A stretch of 64,000 bases of DNA, from contig JAGVYW010000003.1 in NCBI GenBank assembly GCA_018303075.1, forward strand, positions 1,598 to 65,597, given 5' to 3'. Every line of letters begins with the position of its first letter. The first letter of the stretch is position 1. The stretch is from Candidatus Woesearchaeota archaeon (lineage in GTDB: Archaea; Nanobdellota; Nanobdellia; Woesearchaeales; DSVV01). Made by a program: the position numbers and the translations under genes. The notes below the pieces were generated by a model that was not told the origin of the DNA, ran no database searches, and was given only the letters and a program-made list of their open reading frames with translations. Below are positions 1 to 7,471 of the stretch, in pieces.

Positions 1-714
1 TGATATATGAAAGTCGTCAGAACCACTTAATATAGCGTTATCATAACCAACAATATTATGATAGACAAGATAATAATTCTTTCCTGGTTCTATTTGTTGA
101 GTATAGAATAAAAAAGGATTATATTTAAGATTATTAGTAAAATAAGAGTAATATTTTTTATCACTAAAAGGCATAGATGCTTGTGTCAAATAATCTACAA
201 ATAATCCCTCTGTTGTACCACCTAAAGAGATTGATTTTTGATTTTTTGTGCCTTCTATCTTTATTTGAGCACAAAACACGCACATATTATAGTAACTCAC
301 AGCTTTTCTATCAAATACAGCCCCTGTTGCTTCACCAAAGTTTTTCCAGCAGATTCTCATCCGTTCTGCTAATACTGGAAAAACTACCTGTGAGTTTAAT
401 GCTTTATATGAATCAACAATTATTTTTTTATTGCCATCTGCAATAGCTATAGGTGTTTTTTTTTGGTCAATCTCAAGATGATCTGGATAGAAACTAATAT
501 ATGTACGAGGGCATTCAATCGGCACAGGAGAAGAATCACCACCTAATATACCTACTTTTGTTGCCTTGTGAACAGCTGCTGTTGCTGCACATCTTTCATC
601 TTTTTCTTTTGAAAGCAGCTTTGCTAATAATGGAGCTTCAATTGAGAGCAATATTATCAAAGAAACAACTAGTATAATGATAGTATTAATCTTGGAAATA
701 CCTCTTTTCATCAT
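1..714 (-). CDS. secreted/membrane-anchored protein, partial (runs off window start); N-terminal signal-anchor MMKRGISKINTIIILVVSLIILLS
   Basis: Hand-translated minus-strand ORF open from ATG at 714/711 to position 1 (not in ORF track because no stop in window); hydrophobic N-terminus; preceded by the conserved leader motif shared with the pilin-like genes. Confidence 0.5.
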   Translation of the reverse strand, partial: MMKRGISKINTIIILVVSLIILLSIEAPLLAKLLSKEKDERCAATAAVHKATKVGILGGDSSPVPIECPRTYISFYPDHLEIDQKKTPIAIADGNKKIIVDSYKALNSQVVFPVLAERMRICWKNFGEATGAVFDRKAVSYYNMCVFCAQIKIEGTKNQKSISLGGTTEGLFVDYLTQASMPFSDKKYYSYFTNNLKYNPFLFYTQQIEPGKNYYLVYHNIVGYDNAILSGSDDFHIS

Positions 715-745
715 AAAAAACTTCACTCCGTTTGTTTTTTATTAT
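715..745 (-). promoter_or_regulatory. conserved TATA/operator/SD leader, copy A (gene orientation: ATAATAAAAAACAAACGGAGTGAAGTTTTTT-ATG)
   Basis: Near-identical to four other sites at 3948, 4299, 6753 and 7421, each immediately upstream of a minus-strand secreted-protein gene. Confidence 0.5.
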
Positions 746-1077
746 CTTGTATGTTTATTATAAACGCAATAGTTTTACAATACCATAAACAATCGACATC
801 AATATGATAAGTATTGCCATATATATGATTATTCTAACAATGGACGCTTTTTTATTCATAAAAACTTCACCTATAAAAGTCATAATCAGTACTGCAAATT
901 AATTTACGTTCAATTTTTTATTATTGGAAGCGATTGTATTTAAATGTAATGAGAATTTCATAAATTATTTAATTTGTATTTGTATGAGGTATAAACTTCA
1001 CAGTGATAACAAAAAATTTAAAAGTATCTTAGCTATTTTTATGTAATATTTTTAAAGTTGTAAATATTTCTTATCTT

Positions 1078-2718
1078 ATGATAAAAAGAAAAGATAGAGG
1101 ATTCTTAAGAGTTATTGATGGGTTTCGGAGTGATAAAAGCAGAAATGTTTTTGCTGCTCGTGAATTTACCACAATGTTATATGAAATTCAGGAAAGAAGA
1201 GAGGAAAGAATTGTTTCTAGCGAATATGCTGATATTCCTAATAAAGAAGAGAAGATGAGTATGCTTGAGAAAATGCTTCGCCATTATCCAGACAATCTTT
1301 GCATAAAGCTTTCTGCAGCAATTGATTATCTTGAGAGTAAAGAACATAAACATCTTGGACTGCTTGTATTAAGAGAGATTGAAGAAGCAATCACTATGAA
1401 TCCTATACTATTATCAGACCTGCATAATGAAGAGAGTTCTGTTGAGAGGATTGTTGAGGATGCAGATAATAATTTAGGTAATGCAGATCTACAGCTACGA
1501 AGATTGAATATTGCAAAACATTATCTTGATCTTTATAGAGTCATCTCATTAAAAAGTAATTCTCAAAAATTGTATGATATATTAATCAAAAGCTATGCTT
1601 ATGTCTTACTGCGAGATAATGATGCTGCTTTATCTCTCTTTAGGACTATTGAAGAAATACATCCTGACGCTATTTTCATCTATAATCTATATGCAAGAAG
1701 ACTGGAAGCAAGCAATTGCCATGAGGAAGCTGGAAAAAAAAGAGCATTGTTTTCCTCATGGGCATTGCATGACAGCAACACAATATTTGAACGTGTCTCT
1801 AATGCAATGAGAAGTGTATATAAACTAGGCAATGAAGCAGTTCCTGCTGTAAACAAGACATTGATCAGCATTAGAACAAAAAACAAGGATGAAATAAGTT
1901 ATGAACAAGGTGCAATCTTAAGAGCAAAAAGAATTGTACAAGATAATTATTGCTACAGAATAGTCGAGTCTGTACATACAGAATGTATTGATGGTGTGTA
2001 TTATCATGTGCTTAGAAGAAAAAGCGGAGATGTGCTGCTGTCTTTTCTCGAGAATGAGTATAATAAAAGCCAACAATTGCCCGTGCTATCTGAAATAATA
2101 AGATTCTTACAATTGCTGCAGTTTAATATGGGTATTGTAACTAAATGCAATAAGAAAGATTGTGAGAGTCTTGCAGCAAGTTTATCTGCAAGACTTGGCG
2201 GCAATAAAATAAGATTATCTACTGAAGTAAATGATTCAATTGCTGGGCTTTGCGAAAGCTTTCTTTCTGTTCCTATTGTTTATAATAAAGACAGCCATCC
2301 TGAGAATTGGATCATTGAAAAAGTTTATGGAACGCAAGAGATATACATAATCACTGCATTAGATTTTCAGAAAAAAACATCTGCACCCTGCGTATTTGAT
2401 ATTGCAAATCTATTGCGATACGGCAATTATATCTCTGAGAAAAATGAATCAGATTTATTAAGAGAATATTACATAAGAGGATGCAATAACTTGAGTTATC
2501 TAAATGATATAGATTATCAACAATTTCTTAATAGTTATTATGCTGGAGTTGTTTATAGAATGCTGTCTTTCTTTTGCGCATGGCAACATCCTAGAAAAGC
2601 TGGATATTATACCAGGATTCCTGTTGTATTGAATAATGCTGCTGCTGCAATTGACAAGGTTGAGGATAAACAATTTGATAAAGAAAGATTGAAAGAGCTT
2701 ATTTGTTCAATACGATAA
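1078..2718 (+). CDS. hypothetical cytoplasmic protein; C-terminal third carries protein-kinase-like/APH-type phosphotransferase motifs (YNKDSHPENWI catalytic-loop-like, IITALDFQ DFG-like)
   Basis: 546-aa ORF; motif resemblance to aminoglycoside/choline kinase fold (HxDxxxxN and DxD/DFG equivalents); family assignment is from memory of motifs only. Confidence 0.35.
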   Translation: MIKRKDRGFLRVIDGFRSDKSRNVFAAREFTTMLYEIQERREERIVSSEYADIPNKEEKMSMLEKMLRHYPDNLCIKLSAAIDYLESKEHKHLGLLVLREIEEAITMNPILLSDLHNEESSVERIVEDADNNLGNADLQLRRLNIAKHYLDLYRVISLKSNSQKLYDILIKSYAYVLLRDNDAALSLFRTIEEIHPDAIFIYNLYARRLEASNCHEEAGKKRALFSSWALHDSNTIFERVSNAMRSVYKLGNEAVPAVNKTLISIRTKNKDEISYEQGAILRAKRIVQDNYCYRIVESVHTECIDGVYYHVLRRKSGDVLLSFLENEYNKSQQLPVLSEIIRFLQLLQFNMGIVTKCNKKDCESLAASLSARLGGNKIRLSTEVNDSIAGLCESFLSVPIVYNKDSHPENWIIEKVYGTQEIYIITALDFQKKTSAPCVFDIANLLRYGNYISEKNESDLLREYYIRGCNNLSYLNDIDYQQFLNSYYAGVVYRMLSFFCAWQHPRKAGYYTRIPVVLNNAAAAIDKVEDKQFDKERLKELICSIR

Positions 2719-3613
2719 TTGATGCTGAAAAATCCGCAGTCTGTGTAAGAATCTGGCTGCAGATATTAAACAGAAACATCTCTGAGTGATTCCTTGCTTT
2801 GAAATTGATGAGTTCATTTTTTATTATCTCCTGCTGTTTGCTGATATGTGTAAGCTTCTCGAGAGAAAAATTGTAATAAAGATCATAATATAATGAAAAG
2901 AAAGAGTTTACTTTTTCAAACAAAGAAATTATTTCTTGAGATATCTGCTTGTCTTTATCATCCTGCTGTTCGAAATGGTTGCAGATGTATTTATAATTAT
3001 CACAGATTTTTTCTAAATTCCATAGAATAACATACAGAAAATTAGCTTTTTTGTATTCTATTATTCTATGCTTATTAAGGATGCGCTGGCAGAAGTTTGT
3101 CAGCTGATTGTTGAGAAGCTCTAGCTTTTTTGTCTGCTGAAAATTGTAATCTCTCTGTTTTATTTTTGCTGCAGTTTCATCTGCCATCTCTATTGTAACA
3201 CGAAATGCTCTCCTAAAAGAGTTATCAAACTGCTCCTGCTGCTCCTCTACAATTGCTGAGATTACTAATCTTTTTTCGGTTTTTTCTGTAATTGTGAATC
3301 CTGTAAATAAATCTTTGAGCAATTCATTAACTAATTGAAGCTGTTGAGTGTTGTTATAGAACAATTCTATTTCATCATAGCCAGACTTGTGCAGTGCAGA
3401 CAACAACCAGCGGATAACTCGATCATCAAGAGATTCAATCGAGACTGAGATGAACTGCCTGTTGTTCTTTACAGCTGCTGTTATAGTCAATTCATTGCTG
3501 TTTTCCTGAAGATTGAGTTCATCTCCTTTCTGCAGATTATATTTAGAAAGCCATGCTAATGGAAGCGTTATGACATAGGTTTTATCAGCAATCTTGATAA
3601 TCTTACGATACAT
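2699..3613 (-). CDS. AbrB/SpoVT-like N-terminal DNA-binding domain fused to helical PhoU-like region (putative regulator)
   Basis: N-terminus MYRKIIKIADKTYVITLPLAWLSKYNLQKGDELNL matches swapped-hairpin AbrB/MazE pattern; rest is helical, PhoU-like; converges on and overlaps previous gene by 20 bp. Confidence 0.35.
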   Translation of the reverse strand: MYRKIIKIADKTYVITLPLAWLSKYNLQKGDELNLQENSNELTITAAVKNNRQFISVSIESLDDRVIRWLLSALHKSGYDEIELFYNNTQQLQLVNELLKDLFTGFTITEKTEKRLVISAIVEEQQEQFDNSFRRAFRVTIEMADETAAKIKQRDYNFQQTKKLELLNNQLTNFCQRILNKHRIIEYKKANFLYVILWNLEKICDNYKYICNHFEQQDDKDKQISQEIISLFEKVNSFFSLYYDLYYNFSLEKLTHISKQQEIIKNELINFKARNHSEMFLFNICSQILTQTADFSASIIVLNK

Positions 3614-3647
3614 AGATATAGAAATGAAAGGTTATATATTAAAATAT

Positions 3648-3947
3648 TTATTTTAACAAAGGTATGCAACAAACTAAAGTATCATCTACTTCCTTAGTAC
3701 CTGGCTTTAAACAAACTCTTGATGGATCTGCTATATATCCTTCTGATTCTTTACAACCTACATTGAGTTCAACTCCTGCTGTTTTAGAATTACATTCTGC
3801 ACCTTGCACTGCTTTACATTCACTTAGATTTTTGTTGAATAATGCTAATCTTCCTGTAAAGATATATGTAATAACTACAAGAACAACAATTGCTATGATT
3901 GTAATGATCACAATATTTATTGAAAGGTCTGCTTTTCTTTTTATCAT
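3648..3947 (-). CDS. small (99 aa) Cys-rich secreted protein with pilin-like N-terminal signal/TM (MIKRKA|DLSINIVIITIIAIVVLVVITYIFTG), C-terminal CCxPL
   Basis: Basic N-terminus followed by ~25 hydrophobic residues, 8 Cys in the mature part; paralog of 4023..4298; conserved leader upstream. Confidence 0.6.
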   Translation of the reverse strand: MIKRKADLSINIVIITIIAIVVLVVITYIFTGRLALFNKNLSECKAVQGAECNSKTAGVELNVGCKESEGYIADPSRVCLKPGTKEVDDTLVCCIPLLK

Positions 3948-3978
3948 TAAAGACTCACTTCGTTTGTTTTTTATTGTT
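3948..3978 (-). promoter_or_regulatory. conserved TATA/operator/SD leader, copy B (GAACAATAAAAAACAAACGAAGTGAGTCTTTA-ATG)
   Basis: Alignment with copies A, C, D, E. Confidence 0.5.
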
Positions 3979-4022
3979 CTTAATTACTACAATATAAGAG
4001 AATAAAAAAATAGTAAAAATAA

Positions 4023-4298
4023 TTACTGTGCAAATGTTGGCAATGGCGAACAACAAGCATTGACTGTATCTGTGGAACTATCATCATTTAAGCAGACACG
4101 TGTTGAATCTTTGATGTAGTTTTCATCACAGTTTGGCCCCATATTACATCTATTGCCTTGTATTTTTAGACAGTCACTTAAGCCTTTGTTGAACAATGTA
4201 ATTCTTCCTGTAAAAATAAAGGTTATCAGAATTAATACAACTAATGCTATGACTGTAATGACTATTATATTTATTGATAAATCACCGTTCTTTTTCAT
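4023..4298 (-). CDS. small (91 aa) Cys-rich secreted protein, pilin-like N-terminus (MKKNG|DLSINIIVITVIALVVLILITFIFTG), C-terminal CCSPL; paralog of 3648..3947
   Basis: ORF track start 4313 is a GTG that reads the Shine-Dalgarno GTGAGGAGA as MRRFF; true ATG at 4298 lies 7 nt after GGAGA; ~65% identity to the neighbouring paralog over the N-terminal 45 aa. Confidence 0.6.
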   Translation of the reverse strand: MKKNGDLSINIIVITVIALVVLILITFIFTGRITLFNKGLSDCLKIQGNRCNMGPNCDENYIKDSTRVCLNDDSSTDTVNACCSPLPTFAQ

Positions 4299-4340
4299 AA
4301 AAAATCTCCTCACTTTGTTCGTTGTTTTTTAAGTATAGTT
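4299..4340 (-). promoter_or_regulatory. conserved TATA/operator/SD leader, copy C (CTATACTTAAAAAACAACGAACAAAGTGAGGAGATTTTTT-ATG)
   Basis: Alignment with copies A, B, D, E. Confidence 0.5.
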
Positions 4341-4439
4341 AGGTATATTAAACACAGTAAAATATACCTTGCTTTTGATTTTATTCAAAATGATTCTACT
4401 ACTATATAAATCTTTTTGAAATTTTTTCACGAAAAAATT

Positions 4440-5096
4440 TCAAATCTCAGGACATTCGCTGTTTATGCATAACCAAATCTCAACCACATTCATTGATGAA
4501 CCAGATAATGGCAAAATGTAGGGTTCGACACTTCCGGATGTTGCTGAGCTTAAGGTTTTCATTTTTTCCACATATTTCTCATCTGCTTCATCTGGGAGAG
4601 TGATAAATGGTTTTATAGCAGAATCACCACTAGTAACTTTCATCTCTAATTGATAAGGCATATTGAATTGACCAAGTGAATTATCAAATGAAGTTTGCAG
4701 TGCACATTTAAGATATTCATCTATCTTTTGTATATCTTTGCACTGCAGATTTTGGATTGATGATTGGTATTCTGCATCACATTGCATCATATTGTTTTTT
4801 GCAACTGCAACAATCAGATCCTCCATATCTGTGTCAGGCAAACAAAATGAGTTTGTTTTGAGAAATGCTGAAACCATACTTGAAGATAATTGCTGCTGAT
4901 TATATTCATCCAAAACTTTTGAAGACTTTTTGAAAAAAACAGTTGAAACTGTAAACATGATAATTAATGATATAATTATGAAAATGATTAATAATCCCAT
5001 GATTTCTGTTTGTGACTTTTTAGAAAATGGCTCAATGTGCAATTTTCTAAAGAGTTTTTTACTGTGATTCTTCGTGTTGTGTGTCTTTGCACTCAT
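4440..5096 (-). CDS. membrane-anchored secreted protein (218 aa), third gene of overlapping 3-gene operon; TM IMGLLIIFIIISLIIMFTVSTVFF
   Basis: Overlaps upstream gene by 4 bp; single N-terminal hydrophobic segment after a basic leader. Confidence 0.55.
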   Translation of the reverse strand: MSAKTHNTKNHSKKLFRKLHIEPFSKKSQTEIMGLLIIFIIISLIIMFTVSTVFFKKSSKVLDEYNQQQLSSSMVSAFLKTNSFCLPDTDMEDLIVAVAKNNMMQCDAEYQSSIQNLQCKDIQKIDEYLKCALQTSFDNSLGQFNMPYQLEMKVTSGDSAIKPFITLPDEADEKYVEKMKTLSSATSGSVEPYILPLSGSSMNVVEIWLCINSECPEI

Positions 5097-5659
5097 TTTG
5101 CTACCTCTATTCGAATGTAACCAAAACTGTATTGGTTTGTAATTGGATCATAAAATGTTATCGGCAAAAACATGCTATTAATGGATTTTACGTTTTTTAA
5201 CATATTGTCGAAAAGATTGTCTTTTTTTTCGATGGTTGTGTCAACTTCTTCTGAATTTTCTGAAGAAGCTGTATAGGTTGGATAAACTTCTTTTATTGAG
5301 ATCTTGACGTTTAGAAAGATGTTGTCATAGTATTGCTTAAATTTCTTGCTTTTATCTGAAGTATCCTCTAATCTACTCTTAAAGGCTTCAAACTTTAGCT
5401 TGTCAATGCAGTCAAATTCTTCAATTGCTGCTTGCGTGCAGATAAGTTCTGGCAATGATTTTACCTGCTGAGCAATCTTTAAGGTGTGGAGTTCTAACTG
5501 TTTCTTTTGTTCGTCTCCTGCAGAGATGCTTTGAATTTTAACATAGAAAACTGCACCAATTGTCACTAAAATGAAAAATATCATCAATACAAAGATTGTT
5601 TCTCCTATCTTTAGTTGAGATTTTCTTGTTAATAGTTTCATTAGTACAACCTCGGACAT
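5093..5659 (-). CDS. membrane-anchored secreted protein (188 aa), pilin-like N-terminus (KIG|ETIFVLMIFFILVTIGAVF)
   Basis: Overlaps flanking genes (19 bp and 4 bp); basic-G-E then hydrophobic stretch. Confidence 0.55.
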   Translation of the reverse strand: MSEVVLMKLLTRKSQLKIGETIFVLMIFFILVTIGAVFYVKIQSISAGDEQKKQLELHTLKIAQQVKSLPELICTQAAIEEFDCIDKLKFEAFKSRLEDTSDKSKKFKQYYDNIFLNVKISIKEVYPTYTASSENSEEVDTTIEKKDNLFDNMLKNVKSINSMFLPITFYDPITNQYSFGYIRIEVAK

Positions 5660-6732
5660 CTTCCACCTGGAGCTAAGAGAATCTCTTCATTGAGATCTTC
5701 AAGAGATTGCTTTGCTGCAACAGTAGCAGCAACATCACTTTCAATTTTTACATTAATGGTTGTTCCTAAATTGACATCACTGCCTAAATAATCATATGCG
5801 GTTTTATAATATACAGAACAATGACTTAATGAAGAATCATCTTTTAATTGCCAAGCTTTAAATTGATATAATGAACTAACATATTGGTAACGTTTAAAGG
5901 CTTTCAAAAGATTACATTGATAAACTAATTCATCTTCAGAAAAGATTACGCCAATTAATGTAGGAGTATCAAGATAATAGCTGCCATCTCCTTCTTTAAT
6001 ATTTTCAACTACTTTGTTATTCTTCTTTAATTTTGTAAATGAAAAGCTTCCAGATGGTTCTGGTCTTAACATAAGCACATCAATGTTTCTTGCTTCTTTT
6101 TCTTCTTTTATCTTATCTAACCATGAAGGAAGTTTTCCATCTTCTGAAATATAAATAAATCGCAACAGATACATATTATCAGGATATATTACTGAGGTTG
6201 CACTATTATCTAAAAATTCTACATTTAGAAATTGTGTTTCTGCCATCATACCATATAATTCCTTAGCAAATTGCTTGCTTTTGTCATCGTCATCAGCAAC
6301 AAAATAATAGTAAACATCATCTCTTGTGAGATAGAGCAAGTTGCTAACTTTAAATGGATAATTCCAGTCAAGCGTCCAGGTGATTAATTGTGATTTCTCA
6401 ATCTTTTTTGGAGAGAAGATTGGCAGAAATGCAGTGATTGGCAGAAATGCAGTGTCTTTAGCAATACCACTATCTCCTATCTCAATATTTGACTGACAAT
6501 TATTACCTTTGCATGAACATTCAAATGTTAATGCTGTGTCTTCGATGTTAATCTTGTTTGCTGATTTTGCTGCTTGAGATGCGCCAAGAATTGTTGTGTC
6601 AAGCTGCTGCAAAATGTTTGCGTTTATCTTGATCTCTTGGTTTGTCATGTATTTCTTTGCAATAACTATGAAAAAAACCAGAATAAGAGTACCAACTACT
6701 AAAATATAAATCCAATTGAGCTGCGCTTCCAT
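5641..6732 (-). CDS. membrane-anchored secreted protein (~363 aa), first gene of 3-gene operon; TM WIYILVVGTLILVFFIVIA; Cys-containing extracellular domain
   Basis: ORF track start 6768 again reads the SD as MRRFF; at the position homologous to the ATG of the other leader copies there is ATT (ATT ATA AAT AAG...); next ATG is 6732 (MEAQLNW). Confidence 0.55.
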   Translation of the reverse strand: MEAQLNWIYILVVGTLILVFFIVIAKKYMTNQEIKINANILQQLDTTILGASQAAKSANKINIEDTALTFECSCKGNNCQSNIEIGDSGIAKDTAFLPITAFLPIFSPKKIEKSQLITWTLDWNYPFKVSNLLYLTRDDVYYYFVADDDDKSKQFAKELYGMMAETQFLNVEFLDNSATSVIYPDNMYLLRFIYISEDGKLPSWLDKIKEEKEARNIDVLMLRPEPSGSFSFTKLKKNNKVVENIKEGDGSYYLDTPTLIGVIFSEDELVYQCNLLKAFKRYQYVSSLYQFKAWQLKDDSSLSHCSVYYKTAYDYLGSDVNLGTTINVKIESDVAATVAAKQSLEDLNEEILLAPGGRCPRLY

Positions 6733-6752
6733 AAATGCTTTCTTATTTATAA

Positions 6753-6791
6753 TAAAAAATCTCCTCACTTCGTTCGTCTATTTTTTAAACT
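6753..6791 (-). promoter_or_regulatory. conserved TATA/operator/SD leader, copy D (GAGTTTAAAAAATAGACGAACGAAGTGAGGAGATTTTTT-ATT)
   Basis: Alignment with copies A, B, C, E. Confidence 0.5.
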
Positions 6792-6843
6792 CAGTTAGTG
6801 TGATTGAACAACGTGAAATCGCTCAAAGTTCTTATTAAGTAAC

Positions 6844-7416
6844 TTAACTTGTTGTTGTTGACTTTATTGGTGGATTAGATACTTTTACTCCATTTCCTAA
6901 ACCTATAAATTTAACTTTTATCTCTCCAGCAATTGCTTTAAAACAGATTAATCCTGCAGAATCGTCAACTTTCATCTTTTCAACCAATAATGGATAATCA
7001 GGGACGAATGGAATTGTCATGACGTTCTGGTTTTTTCCAGTCTGCCATGCATCACATATTATTGGATCAACCATTTTCTTTTTATCAGCAGATATTAGTT
7101 GTGACCCTCCACCATCATTTCCACCACAGACAATAGATTTATTTGCTTTACTTGCACCTTCTTTAGATAAATCAAAGAAACAAACATACTGTACTTTTTT
7201 TGGTACAGGAATCTCTTCAATTGTCCATGAACCATATTTTGTGCTGTATTTTTTTGCTGTTGTTTCAAGCGATGTCTTTAAGCTCAGCAGATCAATATCT
7301 TCTGTTGTTTCCATCAATTTCATAATATATTTAACTCCAAAAAATAGGAGCATACCTATAATAACAATTCCTAAGATGTACATTAACATGTCTTGAACTT
7401 GTGCTTTCTTTTTCAT
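6844..7416 (-). CDS. secreted protein with archaeal class-III-like signal peptide (MKKKA|QVQDMLMYILGIVIIGMLLFF), 190 aa
   Basis: K-A-Q followed by hydrophobic helix matches the prepilin-peptidase substrate pattern; alternative start 7428. Confidence 0.55.
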   Translation of the reverse strand: MKKKAQVQDMLMYILGIVIIGMLLFFGVKYIMKLMETTEDIDLLSLKTSLETTAKKYSTKYGSWTIEEIPVPKKVQYVCFFDLSKEGASKANKSIVCGGNDGGGSQLISADKKKMVDPIICDAWQTGKNQNVMTIPFVPDYPLLVEKMKVDDSAGLICFKAIAGEIKVKFIGLGNGVKVSNPPIKSTTTS

Positions 7417-7420
7417 AATA

Positions 7421-7458
7421 AAAAACATCTCACTTTGTTCGTGTTTTTTATATACACA
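7421..7458 (-). promoter_or_regulatory. conserved TATA/operator/SD leader, copy E (GTGTATATAAAAAACACGAACAAAGTGAGATGTTTTTTATT-ATG)
   Basis: Alignment with copies A-D; clear TATA box TATATAAAAAA. Confidence 0.5.
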
Positions 7459-7471
7459 GTACCACGATTTT

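Noticed and set aside
177-446. Plus-strand 89-aa ORF in ORF track
   Set aside because: Lies antisense inside the long minus-strand signal-anchor gene (1..714). Low-complexity translation. Spurious.
2699-2718. 20-bp convergent overlap of 1078..2718 and 2699..3613
   Set aside because: Short 3'-3' overlaps are common in compact genomes. Not evidence of a frameshift.
4299-4313. MRRFF N-terminal extensions on three ORF-track proteins (4313, 6768 and, as MFFIM, 7428)
   Set aside because: They are GTG/ATG read-throughs of the conserved Shine-Dalgarno GTGAGGAGATTTTTT. True starts are the ATG 7 nt after GGAGA.
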